Below are positions 40,758 to 51,004 of a DNA stretch of 64,000 bases, one piece after another. A model generated the notes under the pieces. It did no database searches, was not told the DNA's origin, and saw nothing but the letters and a program-made list of their open reading frames with translations. The translations under genes were made by a program, and so were the position numbers. The stretch is taken from positions 352,001-416,000 of the forward strand of contig CAWBZI010000006.1 of the NCBI GenBank assembly GCA_963793265.1, read 5' to 3'. Origin of the DNA: an uncultured cyanobacterium (GTDB lineage: Bacteria; Cyanobacteriota; Cyanobacteriia; Phormidesmidales; Phormidesmidaceae). Numbering within the stretch: the first letter of the stretch is position 1; each line of letters opens with the position of its first letter.

Positions 40758-41600
40758 CTATGGTAGCCAAGGATACTGTTTAAAGTCAGGTTCTCTTTTT
40801 TCAAGAAAAGCCTTTTTCCCTTCTGCACCTTCCTCACTTAAGTAATAAAGTAAAGTCGCATTTCCCGCCAGCTCTTGCAATCCAGCCTGGCCATCGCAGT
40901 CCGCATTAAAAGCTGATTTGAGGCAGCGAATAGCAATCGGGCTCTTTTGCATAATTTCCCTCGCCCAGATCACGCTTTCCGCTTCTAGCTGATCGATTGG
41001 CACCACAGTATTTACCAACCCCATATCCAACGCCTGCTGCGCGTCGTATTGACGGCAGAGGAACCAAATTTCGCGGGCTTTCTTTTGGCCGACCACGCGG
41101 GCCAGGTAGCTAGCCCCAAAGCCGCCATCAAAGCTACCCACTTTGGGGCCAGTTTGCCCGAAGATGGCGTTATCAGCAGCGATGCTCAAGTCACAGACCA
41201 GATGAAGCACATGACCGCCGCCGATTGCGTAACCTGCCACCATTGCAATCACCACTTTGGGCATGGAGCGAATCAGCCTTTGCAGATCCAGCACATTGAG
41301 TCGGGGCACGCCGTCGTCTCCTACGTAGCCAGCTTCACCGCGCACGCTCTGATCGCCACCTGAGCAAAAAGCATATTTGCCATCAGTGTGAGGCCCCATG
41401 CCGGTTAGCAAAATTACGCCCACACTGGTATCTTCGCGCGCGTTACAGAAGGCATCGTACATTTCAAAAACGGTCTTAGGACGAAAGGCGTTGCGCTTGT
41501 GAGGGCGGTTGATGGTGATTTTGGCAATGCCCTCATCCGTTTTGTGATATAGGATATCTTCGTAGTGGTTGACGGACTGCCAGATGACGGGTGTGGACAT
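40758..41600 (-). CDS. menB: 1,4-dihydroxy-2-naphthoyl-CoA synthase
   Basis: [34 protein letters not shown]. Confidence 0.98.
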   Translation of the reverse strand: MSTPVIWQSVNHYEDILYHKTDEGIAKITINRPHKRNAFRPKTVFEMYDAFCNAREDTSVGVILLTGMGPHTDGKYAFCSGGDQSVRGEAGYVGDDGVPRLNVLDLQRLIRSMPKVVIAMVAGYAIGGGHVLHLVCDLSIAADNAIFGQTGPKVGSFDGGFGASYLARVVGQKKAREIWFLCRQYDAQQALDMGLVNTVVPIDQLEAESVIWAREIMQKSPIAIRCLKSAFNADCDGQAGLQELAGNATLLYYLSEEGAEGKKAFLEKREPDFKQYPWLP

Positions 41601-41717
41601 GGTTTAGTGAGGTGAAACGTTAAGAACCTATGAGCTAGGCGATCAAAATATAAGCCGCTAGCGGAAAATAGAGAAACTATATCTTCTAGAGGAAATACGT
41701 TTTCTCTTCTTGAATTA

Positions 41718-42305
41718 ATGGCTTATTACTGGTTCAAAGCGTTTCATATTATCGGTGTTGTGGTTTGGTTTGCAGGCTTGTTCTATCTAGTGCGCCTGTT
41801 TATCTATCATGTGGAGGCCGAGGCCGAGCCAGAACCCGCTCGCGGCATTTTGCAAAAGCAGTACGGCATTATGGAAACGCGGCTGCTAAAAATTATTACA
41901 ACGCCCGGCATGATTTTGACGCTAGCGATGGCGGGCGGGCTACTGTGGCAGCGGCCAGAAGTGCTGCACGAAGGCTGGATGCACGCAAAGCTAGGCTTTG
42001 TCGCGGCGCTGGTGGTGTATCACATGTACTGTGCGAAGCTGCGAAAACAGCTCGCTGCCGGTGAATGTAAGTGGGGGCCAAAGCAGCTCAGGGCTCTGAA
42101 CGAAGCGCCTACGTTGCTGCTGGTGTCGATTGTGATGCTGGTCATTTTTCAAAACAGCTTTCCCACCGGGCGAGTGACTTGGCTGATAGCAGGACTGGTT
42201 CTATCGTTTGTGATTAGCATTCAGCTCTATGCCCGTAAAAGACGGTTAGATAAAGAGCGCGAGACGGCTGAGCCAACGGCGGGTGCTCAGGCGCTACAGA
42301 GCTAG
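41718..42305 (+). CDS. hemJ: Protoporphyrinogen oxidase HemJ
   Basis: WFKAFHII.VV.WFAGLFYL.RLFIYH, WMHAKL, R.LNE.PT. Confidence 0.95.
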   Translation: MAYYWFKAFHIIGVVVWFAGLFYLVRLFIYHVEAEAEPEPARGILQKQYGIMETRLLKIITTPGMILTLAMAGGLLWQRPEVLHEGWMHAKLGFVAALVVYHMYCAKLRKQLAAGECKWGPKQLRALNEAPTLLLVSIVMLVIFQNSFPTGRVTWLIAGLVLSFVISIQLYARKRRLDKERETAEPTAGAQALQS

Positions 42306-42399
42306 TGGACAAGGGGAATAGACTAGGCTGAAGAACAAGCCAGGTGATCAGCATTCGTAGTACATTGAGCATGAGCTAATCGTGATACAAGGGAAATGA

Positions 42400-42546
42400 A
42401 TGATGAGTAAAGCACCCGCCAAATTTGGCTTCACTGAATTTGCCGAGACTTGGAATGGCCGACTGGCAATGATTGGTTTTGTAGCCGCTATTATTAACGA
42501 GCTGATTTCTGGAAAAGGCGTTTTGGCTCAGCTAGGCTTGATGTAG
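42400..42546 (+). CDS. hli: High-light inducible protein (HLIP/SCP), 48 aa
   Basis: My translation [48 protein letters not shown] with the [11 protein letters not shown] chlorophyll-binding motif; below the ORF-track size cutoff. Confidence 0.95.
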   Translation: MMSKAPAKFGFTEFAETWNGRLAMIGFVAAIINELISGKGVLAQLGLM

Positions 42547-42650
42547 CCAGTTCTGACGCTAATAAGACGTGCTGATTGGCTATAGAATTAAGCGAAAAAG
42601 GTCAGGCAGATAGATAGATGAGAGGGAGCAGGCGAGTTTCGTCGGCTCCT

Positions 42651-42711
42651 TTTTGTTTGGTTCGCAAGTAGTTTGTTTGGTTTGAAAGTAGTTTGTTTGG
42701 TTTGAAAGTAG
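42651..42711. repeat. 20-bp tandem repeat, 3 copies
   Basis: TTTTGTTTGGTTCGCAAGTA / GTTTGTTTGGTTTGAAAGTA / GTTTGTTTGGTTTGAAAGTA. Confidence 0.85.
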
Positions 42712-42728
42712 CTTTCGGTCTAATCCAA

Positions 42729-43082
42729 CTAGCTACGCCAGCTAGCCATATCTTCGTCGGCATCATCCTCTTCGACATAATCAGAAGGGTCGTACCAAGC
42801 AGCCGCTGCCCTAAGCACGTCTGGAATCTCATCGTCAGGCTCAAATTCGAGCTGAGTTTCTCTTAGACCTAAGTAGCCTGATTCAGCAAAGGACGTAAGC
42901 ATTCGAGTAAGGGCAATCCATACGCGCTCTTCAAACTCCCATTCTTTAGTAAAAGGCGCGCGATCAGCGATAGATTTGAGCGCCCAGAAGTAGCTGTTAC
43001 GGACGATAGGGCCTTTTTTCTTGAAGGGGGGAACGTCTTCATTACGGATGAATAGGACGCCGTTGTCGATTCGGACACGCAT
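42729..43082 (-). CDS. Conserved cyanobacterial hypothetical protein
   Basis: VRNSYFWALKSIA, F..SGYLGLRET.LEF; acidic tail. Confidence 0.8.
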   Translation of the reverse strand: MRVRIDNGVLFIRNEDVPPFKKKGPIVRNSYFWALKSIADRAPFTKEWEFEERVWIALTRMLTSFAESGYLGLRETQLEFEPDDEIPDVLRAAAAWYDPSDYVEEDDADEDMASWRS

Positions 43083-43171
43083 ATTATTTAGAGATGAGAT
43101 TCTGATATAGGCTGGATATGGCTAGGTATATCCAGACAACAAGCTAAAGATAGCAAGTAGAGCTGAAGCTG

Positions 43172-44026
43172 ATGGTGGCTGCTGTTTCCCTTCAAAATGT
43201 TCACAAAGTTTATAACAATACTTGCGTGGTGAATGACCTGTCGCTGGCCATTCAGCCAGGAGAAATTTTCGGACTGCTGGGGCCGAACGGGGCTGGAAAG
43301 TCTACGACGATTCGGATGCTAACGACCCTAGCGCAGCAGACTCAGGGCGATATTGTGGTAGCTGGCTATGATGTGAGCCGTCAAGCAGCGCAGGTACGGA
43401 GCCAAATTGGGGTGGTGTTGCAGCAGGTGAGCGTCGATGCGGATATGACGGCCTGGGAGAATATGGAGTTTCATGGGCGCATGCACCATATTCCATCGGC
43501 GCAGCGGCAGGCGGATATTCGGCGCTGGCTGGACTATGTGGGCTTGAGCGATCGCGCCCAAGACAAAGTAAAAACCCTCTCCGGCGGCATGAAAAGGAGG
43601 CTACAAATTGCCCGAGCCCTCCTGCATCAGCCCAGCATTTTATTTTTAGACGAGCCTACTGTCGGCCTTGATCCGCAAACGCGCAGGCGGCTATGGGAAA
43701 TTATTCGGGCACTGAATAAGGATCAGGGTATGACGATGCTGCTGACGACGCACTATATGGAGGAAGTGGAGTATTTGTGCGATCGCATCGGCATTATGGA
43801 TCAAGGCAAGCTGATTGAAACTGGCACCCTGTCAGAGCTGCAGCAAAAGCATGGCGAAGGAATTGTGATGAAGCAGAAGGGCGATCGCTGGGACTATATC
43901 TTTTTCCCGACCCTGCAAGAGGCCAACGATTATCTTGACGCGCAGCCAGACAAAACAGGTATGATGACGCGACCTGCCAACTTAGAAGACATTTTTGTTG
44001 AGCTGACGGGTCGCAACCTCGACTAG
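43172..44026 (+). CDS. ABC-2/DrrA-type ABC transporter ATP-binding protein
   Basis: GPNGAGKST, LSGGMKRR, LFLDEPT, TTHY, LEDIFVELTG. Confidence 0.93.
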   Translation: MVAAVSLQNVHKVYNNTCVVNDLSLAIQPGEIFGLLGPNGAGKSTTIRMLTTLAQQTQGDIVVAGYDVSRQAAQVRSQIGVVLQQVSVDADMTAWENMEFHGRMHHIPSAQRQADIRRWLDYVGLSDRAQDKVKTLSGGMKRRLQIARALLHQPSILFLDEPTVGLDPQTRRRLWEIIRALNKDQGMTMLLTTHYMEEVEYLCDRIGIMDQGKLIETGTLSELQQKHGEGIVMKQKGDRWDYIFFPTLQEANDYLDAQPDKTGMMTRPANLEDIFVELTGRNLD

Positions 44027-44060
44027 CTCCGCCTTTCTAGAATTGATGAAGCACTTAAAT

Positions 44061-44852
44061 ATGTCTCGTCTTGCCAATACCATCGAAGCGATTTTATATC
44101 TGAAGGCGCAGCCCTTAAAAATTGCTCAGATTGCAGAATTTGCTAAGTGTGACAAAGACAGCGCCGAAGAAGGCTTGATTGCGCTGATGGGCGAATATGC
44201 TCACAGAGAAGGTGCTTTAGAAATTGCTGAGACAGAAGAGGGCTATGCGCTTCAGCTCAGGGAGGTGTATAAGCCGCTGGTTGATACGATTGTGCCATTG
44301 GATATTGGATTAGGGGCGCTGCGGACGTTGGCGGCGATCGCACTACGCGGCCCCATTGCCCAAAGCGAACTGGTTGATTTACGCGGCTCTGGCGTCTATC
44401 AGCACGTGCCTGATTTAGTTTCGCAAGGCTTTATAAAAAAGCGCCGACAGTCTGACGGGCGCTCCTCGTGGCTGCAAATCACCGAGAAGTTTTATCAGCA
44501 CTTCAAAATCGACAAGCTGCCCCAAATTGCGAATTTGAGCTTGCCTACACCCATCAAAGCAACGCCATCCGATGTCGATGCCACGACAGTTGCTACGACA
44601 TCGGACGCAACAGTTGACGCCGATGGCTCAGCGCCCGTGCCGACTGCTGAGCCGCTTGACTCTTTAACCTCAGCGCCCGAGACAGAAGGCGAAGTGTCCG
44701 AGACAACTGAGCATCTATCTGAGGCTAGTCGTGAGGAGATTGCGGTGCTTTCTGGAAGCGCGCTCCCCTCTGAAGGCTCTGTGCTCTCTGATGCCGCTAT
44801 CGATCAGGCCATGCCGTCTGAAGACGAAGAATCTGCAAAAGAAGAAGAGTAG
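44061..44852 (+). CDS. scpB: SMC-Scp complex subunit ScpB
   Basis: IEAILY, ALRTLAAIA..GPI.Q..L..LRG, TEKFYQHF; long acidic tail. Confidence 0.9.
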   Translation: MSRLANTIEAILYLKAQPLKIAQIAEFAKCDKDSAEEGLIALMGEYAHREGALEIAETEEGYALQLREVYKPLVDTIVPLDIGLGALRTLAAIALRGPIAQSELVDLRGSGVYQHVPDLVSQGFIKKRRQSDGRSSWLQITEKFYQHFKIDKLPQIANLSLPTPIKATPSDVDATTVATTSDATVDADGSAPVPTAEPLDSLTSAPETEGEVSETTEHLSEASREEIAVLSGSALPSEGSVLSDAAIDQAMPSEDEESAKEEE

Positions 44853-45047
44853 GCTTTACAGACAAGCAAATAAATTAAGAAAATGCATATCCGGGTCATA
44901 ATTCGTTAAGCTGTCACTAGCTGACCTTTAAAGCTTGCAGAATTCTTTGAAGGATGCGTGGAAATGACCCAGAGATGACCTCTGAAGATTCACCCATTCT
45001 GATTGCGCTCTCAGCGGTTAAGCTAACAGCAGTTATGCAGTATCTCT

Positions 45048-45404
45048 ATGGTTTTCAACCCTGAAAGCGCAGACTTCATCAGCCTGAATGCCGAGGACGG
45101 CAAGTCCAACGAGCTTTTGACTTACTTGCAGCACCAGCCACCCGAGGTTCTTAGCCGGGTTGCTCAATCAGTCAGCGGTGAAATTAAACAGATCATTTCT
45201 CACAATGTTCAGGGCCTTGTAGGCGTTTTGCCTGCTGATGGTTTTAATGTGCAGGTGAGTACCGACCGCGAAAATCTAGCAGGTTTGCTCGCCTCAGCGA
45301 TGATGACCGGCTACTTTTTGCGTCAGATGGAGCAGCGTATGGAGCTAGAAACCAATCTGTCGGGCTCATTAGACTTAGACGACGATCTTGATTCTGAAGA
45401 GTAG
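45048..45404 (+). CDS. DUF760 family protein
   Basis: L..YLQ.Q.PE, NVQGLVG.LP, RENLAGLLASAMMTGYFLRQMEQRMELE. Confidence 0.9.
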   Translation: MVFNPESADFISLNAEDGKSNELLTYLQHQPPEVLSRVAQSVSGEIKQIISHNVQGLVGVLPADGFNVQVSTDRENLAGLLASAMMTGYFLRQMEQRMELETNLSGSLDLDDDLDSEE

Positions 45405-45444
45405 CGTTTACTCTAAATTCTAATTACATCTACTCAAATAAGGC

Positions 45445-45498
45445 CAAATAACCCGTAGGCGATCGCTTCCAACATGCGATTCTCCTATGGGTTATTTG
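45445..45498. terminator. Long hairpin between convergent DUF760 gene and htrA
   Basis: CAAATAACCCGTAGG / CCTATGGGTTATTTG stem extended by a HIP1-containing segment. Confidence 0.7.
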
Positions 45499-45523
45499 CA
45501 TTTACAGGCGATTGGAGTCCGGC

Positions 45524-46771
45524 CTACTGGAACTCATCGGGTAGGGCGGTCGGGACAACACCAATCACCTGTAGCTCGCCTCCACGAACGACTTCTACTT
45601 TCAGTTCCTTGTCTAAGCCACCGCTTTCCACCTGTGACTGTACGTCGGTGACATCTAGAATGTCTACCTGGTTGACGCGTTTAATCAGATCGCCCCGTTT
45701 AAGTCCTGCAGATTCCGCTGGCGTACCCGGCATAACGCGCACAATGACGACACCACGATCTTCATCGATTTTGACGCCAATTTCTTCGTCCTGGTTAATA
45801 CGATCGCGCATTTCCTCATTCAAATTCACCATCTGAATGCCCAGATAAGGATGCTGCACCTCACCTGTTTCAAAGAGCTGATCTGAAATGCGCTTAGCCG
45901 TCTCAATCGGAATCGCAAATCCCAGACCCTGCGCGTTCGCGCGAATAGCCGTATTCACACCAATCACTTCACCATTTGCATTCAGCAAAGGCCCACCAGA
46001 GTTACCAGGATTAATGGCGGCATCGGTTTGAATGAACTGCACGCGCTTATCGGAGATACCGACCTGATTGCTAGATCTATCTAGAGCGCTGATAATGCCT
46101 GCGGTGACGGTGTTGTCTAGGCCCAGCGGATTACCGATTGCGATCGCCCACTGTCCAGGTGAGAGATCTTTAGTTGCGCCTAACGGGGCAACCGGCAGAT
46201 TATCAGCCTCAATTTTGATCACAGCCACATCTGTAATCGAATCAGCGCCAACCACCTCACCTATGAACTTTCGACCGTCTTTAAGCGTGACTTCTACCTT
46301 GTCGGCCCCTTCAATCACGTGTGCATTCGTCAGCAGCTTGCCATCGGCGCTCAAAATAAATCCAGATCCGGTACCTTGCTCAAACCGCTCTGGCAGTTCG
46401 GGAGCAACGGGCAATTCAGGCGAATTTTCTTCCTTAAAGAAGCGTCTAAACAACCGTTGCTCAAACGGATCATTTAGGCTGCTTACCGAACGAGAGGCAT
46501 CGATACGAACCACGCTAGGCCCCACTCGATTAACCGCCGTTGCAATAAAGTTAGAGTTGACCGGCAAACCCGCTACCGGTGCAATAGGCGTCACAATCTC
46601 CTGAGCAGCCGTAATCACAGATGGCTGCGGGCTAGTCTCATCCGGCGTTTGCGCCGCAACACTATTCTCAAAATTTTTCTCAGAAAGGGTAATATGCCCA
46701 GCCCAGCCCGCACCTGCCCCTAGCAGTAGCAGCAGTCCACCAAGACCCAACTGTTTAGGAGAAACCCCCAT
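45524..46771 (-). CDS. htrA: HtrA/HhoA/HhoB family serine protease with PDZ domain
   Basis: GTGSGFI, TNAHV, DVAVIK, TDAAINPGNSGGPL, PYLGIQM. Confidence 0.95.
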   Translation of the reverse strand: MGVSPKQLGLGGLLLLLGAGAGWAGHITLSEKNFENSVAAQTPDETSPQPSVITAAQEIVTPIAPVAGLPVNSNFIATAVNRVGPSVVRIDASRSVSSLNDPFEQRLFRRFFKEENSPELPVAPELPERFEQGTGSGFILSADGKLLTNAHVIEGADKVEVTLKDGRKFIGEVVGADSITDVAVIKIEADNLPVAPLGATKDLSPGQWAIAIGNPLGLDNTVTAGIISALDRSSNQVGISDKRVQFIQTDAAINPGNSGGPLLNANGEVIGVNTAIRANAQGLGFAIPIETAKRISDQLFETGEVQHPYLGIQMVNLNEEMRDRINQDEEIGVKIDEDRGVVIVRVMPGTPAESAGLKRGDLIKRVNQVDILDVTDVQSQVESGGLDKELKVEVVRGGELQVIGVVPTALPDEFQ

Positions 46772-46980
46772 GTCTAAATATTCCTCTTCAAAGTAGCCGC
46801 AATCATCTCAGCCGTTGTGCTAGTTGTCATCTCCAACTCCTTTCAAGAGCCCCTCTCAAGAGTATAGAGGTCAAAAGTCATAGAGACGTTCCTTCTACTT
46901 TAGCGAGTTCTGCCCTGAGAACCTGCTGGCTATCTTGAAATATATGATACTTACTAAAGTTTGTAGACTTTACATAATTC

Positions 46981-47940
46981 ATGCCTCGATCTTTCGACTC
47001 GCCTCAAGCAATCAGCCGACTAGCCAGTTTAACCAGTATCGCTGCTCAATTAACGACTCGATTAGCAGCTCGGTTGACCATCGGCGTTCTAGTCGTTGCG
47101 GCCTACGGTCAGCCTGCTTATAGCCAGCCTACTAACCAGTCTGTAGTTAGCTCTACTAAAGCAAACCCTAGCTGTCCGGCTGCTTTAGATCGAATGAGAT
47201 CGCATACTGTCTCATCAGGCGACACGCTCGCTAGCGTAGCAGCAGCCTACCGCATCGCACCGAATACACTAGCTCGGTTCAATCCTGGTATTGGCAGTAG
47301 CCTATCGCCGGGATCGACGCTGGCGATTCCGCCCTTCAATGGCGTGGTTGTGAGCCCAGCCGCTGGTGATACCTGGCAGACGGTGGCAGAGCGATACGAA
47401 AGTCGGGCTGATCTACTGTTTGAGATCAATGGCTGTGTCGCTGATTTGCCTGGGCAGATTTTTGTGCCGGGTGCGATTGGCCCTAGTGCGGCCCCAGGCG
47501 CGATCACAACTCGATCAACCACCGTCACCCAGCAGCTCGGCTATCCCCTGGCTCGCCCGGCAAACGTCGCTCTTAGCTATGGCTGGCAACCGCACTCCAC
47601 CCGAGACGAACTCGTCTTTAACAGCGGCATCGCCTTTATCATTCCAAACTCCGATGAGGTATTGGCGGCGACTGGTGGTACGGTAGCGTTTGCTGGCGCG
47701 CAAGCAGGGCTTGGGCAGATGGTGGTGATCAATCACTCACAGGGGCTACAAACTCGGTATGCCAACTTGAGTGAGATATCGGTTTCTGTCGGGCAAGCTG
47801 TAGCGGCGCAGGCGACGGTGGGCAAAGTAGGGGGCAACAGCGACCCCACCTTTATGTACTTCGAGGTGCGTACCAACTCAGACTCGGGTTGGATTGCTCA
47901 AGATCCGGGCAGATATTTGCCTGATTTGGAGCTGCGTTAG
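46981..47940 (+). CDS. LysM / M23-like peptidase domain protein
   Basis: HTVSSGDTL (LysM), second LysM-like unit, M23 fold (V.AA.GG.V.FAG, VVINH..GLQTRYA.L). Confidence 0.85.
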   Translation: MPRSFDSPQAISRLASLTSIAAQLTTRLAARLTIGVLVVAAYGQPAYSQPTNQSVVSSTKANPSCPAALDRMRSHTVSSGDTLASVAAAYRIAPNTLARFNPGIGSSLSPGSTLAIPPFNGVVVSPAAGDTWQTVAERYESRADLLFEINGCVADLPGQIFVPGAIGPSAAPGAITTRSTTVTQQLGYPLARPANVALSYGWQPHSTRDELVFNSGIAFIIPNSDEVLAATGGTVAFAGAQAGLGQMVVINHSQGLQTRYANLSEISVSVGQAVAAQATVGKVGGNSDPTFMYFEVRTNSDSGWIAQDPGRYLPDLELR

Positions 47941-48105
47941 GTGCCATGCTAGCTTTTTTGGCCGAAGTTTCAAAGATGTACGCATAAACAGCTATTTATG
48001 TCTAACTGAAAGAAAAACTCGCTTAAAGCTAGCCAATCGTATAATATGCCTCTACAATTCCGGTATCTTTTGGATAAGAGGCTCCTTAAAGGACTCCTTA
48101 TTACT

Positions 48106-49293
48106 ATGCATAGGCCGTCAGAGAGATCTAAAAATATGAAGCTTCCCACTGCTGAATCTAAAGGTCTGCCCCTCAAAAGCACAAAAACGCAGGACACTAA
48201 GACCCATAGCGTTTCGCCTTTAAAGCAGCTAGTCCGCAAGCTCTCCGGCTCTGCTAGTACAAAATCTTCTAGTGCGAAAAGCCCTAAGACAGAAGATGTT
48301 CAAACAACTGATACCGATGAATTAAAGATTTCTTCTGTTAAAAGCTCCAAAGGTTCTAAAGGCATACGAGTTGCGTTCACGCTGCTGCTCGTCAGACCTT
48401 GGGTGCTGGTACTCGGCTTTTGGCTATTTTCTATGTTAGGTGCGGCGTTAGCACTAGAAGGCATGATCAGCCCCAGAAAGCTAACCATGGCGCTGCCTGA
48501 ACCGGCTCAGATAGCGCCTGTGCGCAGTAGCTCTTTAATTGACGTTGAGCAGGCCGAATCAGGTGATATCGCCGCCGATGAGGTTCCTTTAGCAGAAGCT
48601 AGCGAATTGATTGACGGCACCGCTGAACGCGAGTTAGACAGCAGCTCAAACTTCCCAATGTGGACGTTGGGTGGTGTTGTCGGCACCTGCGCGGCAGGTT
48701 GCCTAGTGATGTCGAGGCGAAGGGCGATGGCGCGCATGGCCGTAGCTCGTGCACGCGGTCGGGTGCGTCGGGTGCGAGTGAGCGCAGCGCCGTCTATGAG
48801 TTCTAGCAGTACAGGCCAGAAGGGTGGTCAGGCTGCAGGACAAAAGACGCTTGTTCGTAAGCCTTCTAAGTCGTCCTCCAAATCTTGGAGCAATAGCTCA
48901 TCTGTTAAAAAGCCTCAAAAGCTGTCAGCTCAAAGCGGTGCTGAGTTGAGGCCGGTGACTGTCTCAAAAATCTCCGCTAAACCTGAAGTTGCCAAGCCCA
49001 CAAGAGCTAAGAAACGCCGCCAGCGCAACAACCGTGGCGCTGTGGTCACTCAGCAGGGCACAGTATCAAAGTCTAGGAGAAATCAGGTTTTGGCATCTCG
49101 CTCGACTGCTAGGCCATCGGCGATTGCACGTCCGTCTCATACTCGCTCCGCGCGTCGGTCGCCTTCTCGCATGGCTAGCCGTCAGTCTGTAGTCAGCGTG
49201 GTGCCCGCTAACGAATCTCACGCGCTTGACTGGTCCAGTGGCAGCCTGGCGCATCAGGTAGATGTGCGGCCTCAGCGAACGGCTTCGATGTAG
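48106..49293 (+). CDS. Hypothetical two-TM protein with basic, Ser/Arg-rich tail
   Basis: Two hydrophobic segments; C-terminal VSVVP..ESH.LDW...SLA..VD.R motif; start uncertain. Confidence 0.7.
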   Translation: MHRPSERSKNMKLPTAESKGLPLKSTKTQDTKTHSVSPLKQLVRKLSGSASTKSSSAKSPKTEDVQTTDTDELKISSVKSSKGSKGIRVAFTLLLVRPWVLVLGFWLFSMLGAALALEGMISPRKLTMALPEPAQIAPVRSSSLIDVEQAESGDIAADEVPLAEASELIDGTAERELDSSSNFPMWTLGGVVGTCAAGCLVMSRRRAMARMAVARARGRVRRVRVSAAPSMSSSSTGQKGGQAAGQKTLVRKPSKSSSKSWSNSSSVKKPQKLSAQSGAELRPVTVSKISAKPEVAKPTRAKKRRQRNNRGAVVTQQGTVSKSRRNQVLASRSTARPSAIARPSHTRSARRSPSRMASRQSVVSVVPANESHALDWSSGSLAHQVDVRPQRTASM

Positions 49294-50555
49294 CTTTTCG
49301 CCCAGGCGATCGCCTCTTCTTTTGAGTCAATAGTGCCTGCTGCCTGCGCTTGTTCTACCGCCTTGAGTAGCGCACCGACTTCTGGCCCTGGCCTAACGCC
49401 GAGCTGCTTCATGATGACGGTGCCGGTTATCAGCGCGCGGCTGTGAGCGATGGGGTTCTCAGGGTCGAGAAAGCGGGCAATCATGGGCCGTAGCATGGCG
49501 ATGTCTACGCCTTGAGCTACGGCTAATAGAGAAAAGGCTGGGAAGCTTTGACCGACTGCTTTGAACAGGAAAAACTGCTGCGATCGCGTTAACACATCAC
49601 AGCGCATGGCCTCAATATGGGGCTGCGCTTCGATTAGCATGAGCACTACTTGAGCTTCGCTGCGGCTGTATTTGAGCGCCTTGAGCTGCTCGCGGGCGAT
49701 CACCACATCCGCACAGAATATTTGACTCAGCTTGGCCGCTTTTATCCAGCTTTGATAAACGCCTGCTGGCACTGGCTTGATCCAATCTTGCAGGCGTTCA
49801 GCGTAGGCTGGCATTTGCTGCCTCAATTGAGCGATCGCCCGATCAATTGAGGCTATTTCCTCAACGCTATCTGCGGTGAAATGAGGTAAGCAAAACTGTA
49901 AGAGCTGGCTGTTTACCATTGGGTTCAGCACTGCTTTGTATAGCTGTTGGCCGCTTGACTGAACGCTGAGCAGGGCATCCAGTTCGCTATGGATACGCTC
50001 AACAGAGACACCTGCGAGCTGAGGAGCAAGCTGATCAATAGCAAGCTGAGTTTCTGGCGATAGGGTAAACCCTAGCTGCGCGGCCTGGCGGTAGCCTCGC
50101 ATCAGGCGGAGCGGATCGTCAGTAAGATTTTGGGGGCTGACCATGCGGATAACTTTGGCTTGGATGTCTGCCTCGCCGTTGAGCGGATCGATCAGGGTTT
50201 GGTTTTTGGGGTGGTAGGCGATCGCATTAATCGTAAAGTCGCGTCTGTGCAAGTCGGCCTCAATACTTTCCCCTTGCTGCTGCGCAAAATCCACCGTGAC
50301 CTGATCGAAAACAACCCGCGCAATTTCTCGTTCGGCATCAAGCACTACAAATCCAGCCTTGTAGGCTCGCGCAATTTTTGAGGCGGTTTTAATTGTGTGC
50401 TCGGGCAGCACGAAGTCTAGATCGAGGTAGCTGGCCTGGCGGTTGAGGAGGCGATCGCGCACGCTTCCGCCGACCAAGCAAGCCGCATCAGGCAGTAAGT
50501 CAATTGAAAAAGGCCAGGTTTCAGGTAAAAAGAGAGACATAAAAAATGGGCGCAA
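49272..50555 (-). CDS. cca: CCA tRNA nucleotidyltransferase (class II; probably the CC-adding type)
   Basis: LVGGSVRD, DLDF, DLHRRDFTINAIA, DDPLRLMR; no DHH/CBS domains. Confidence 0.88.
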   Translation of the reverse strand: MRPFFMSLFLPETWPFSIDLLPDAACLVGGSVRDRLLNRQASYLDLDFVLPEHTIKTASKIARAYKAGFVVLDAEREIARVVFDQVTVDFAQQQGESIEADLHRRDFTINAIAYHPKNQTLIDPLNGEADIQAKVIRMVSPQNLTDDPLRLMRGYRQAAQLGFTLSPETQLAIDQLAPQLAGVSVERIHSELDALLSVQSSGQQLYKAVLNPMVNSQLLQFCLPHFTADSVEEIASIDRAIAQLRQQMPAYAERLQDWIKPVPAGVYQSWIKAAKLSQIFCADVVIAREQLKALKYSRSEAQVVLMLIEAQPHIEAMRCDVLTRSQQFFLFKAVGQSFPAFSLLAVAQGVDIAMLRPMIARFLDPENPIAHSRALITGTVIMKQLGVRPGPEVGALLKAVEQAQAAGTIDSKEEAIAWAKSYIEAVR

Positions 50556-50682
50556 TCTTTCTTTAGAAGATCGAAGAGACGCGCAAACAAAGAAACAAAA
50601 AACTTGCGCTACAGTGAAAGCAGAGCCGCATAGCAGCGCGGTTGGCTAAAAGTTTTTAGAGGCTTTGGGAGGTTAAAACGCT

Positions 50683-50963
50683 ATGTGTATTTGCGTCAAC
50701 TGCCACTACGTTGATGACTGTGTTACCTATCATGCAGTAGAAGAACAGCATCAGCAGCCTCACCTCACCGAATTACCGAGCTTTGAGCCTAAAAATCCGA
50801 CGATTAACGTCAACATTACCCCACCGAAAATAGAAATCAGCGGTGACAAAATGCTGTCGGGCAACGAATTTGGCTCGGAGTATGACGTGGTAGGCTGCGA
50901 TAGCTTTAAAAAGAGATGGGCAAGTGGGCAAAACTGCGTCCTGGCGAAGCAGTTCCAACCTAG
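50683..50963 (+). pseudogene. ycf34: Ycf34 family Fe-S protein with a 1-nt frameshift at about 50908-50912
   Basis: MCICVNC..VD.C.TYHAVE.QH...EYDVVGCDSF in frame 1; the conserved tail EMGKWAKLRPGEAVPT* is in the -1 frame and ends at TAG 50961-50963. Confidence 0.8.
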
Positions 50964-51004
50964 TTTTTCCCAGGCTAAGTCTTGTCTGAAGGTAGTTCGA
51001 GGCG

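Noticed and set aside
42651..42711. Possible CRISPR mini-array (repeat contains GAAAG)
   Set aside because: Units are head-to-tail with no spacers, only 20 bp long, and no cas genes are nearby
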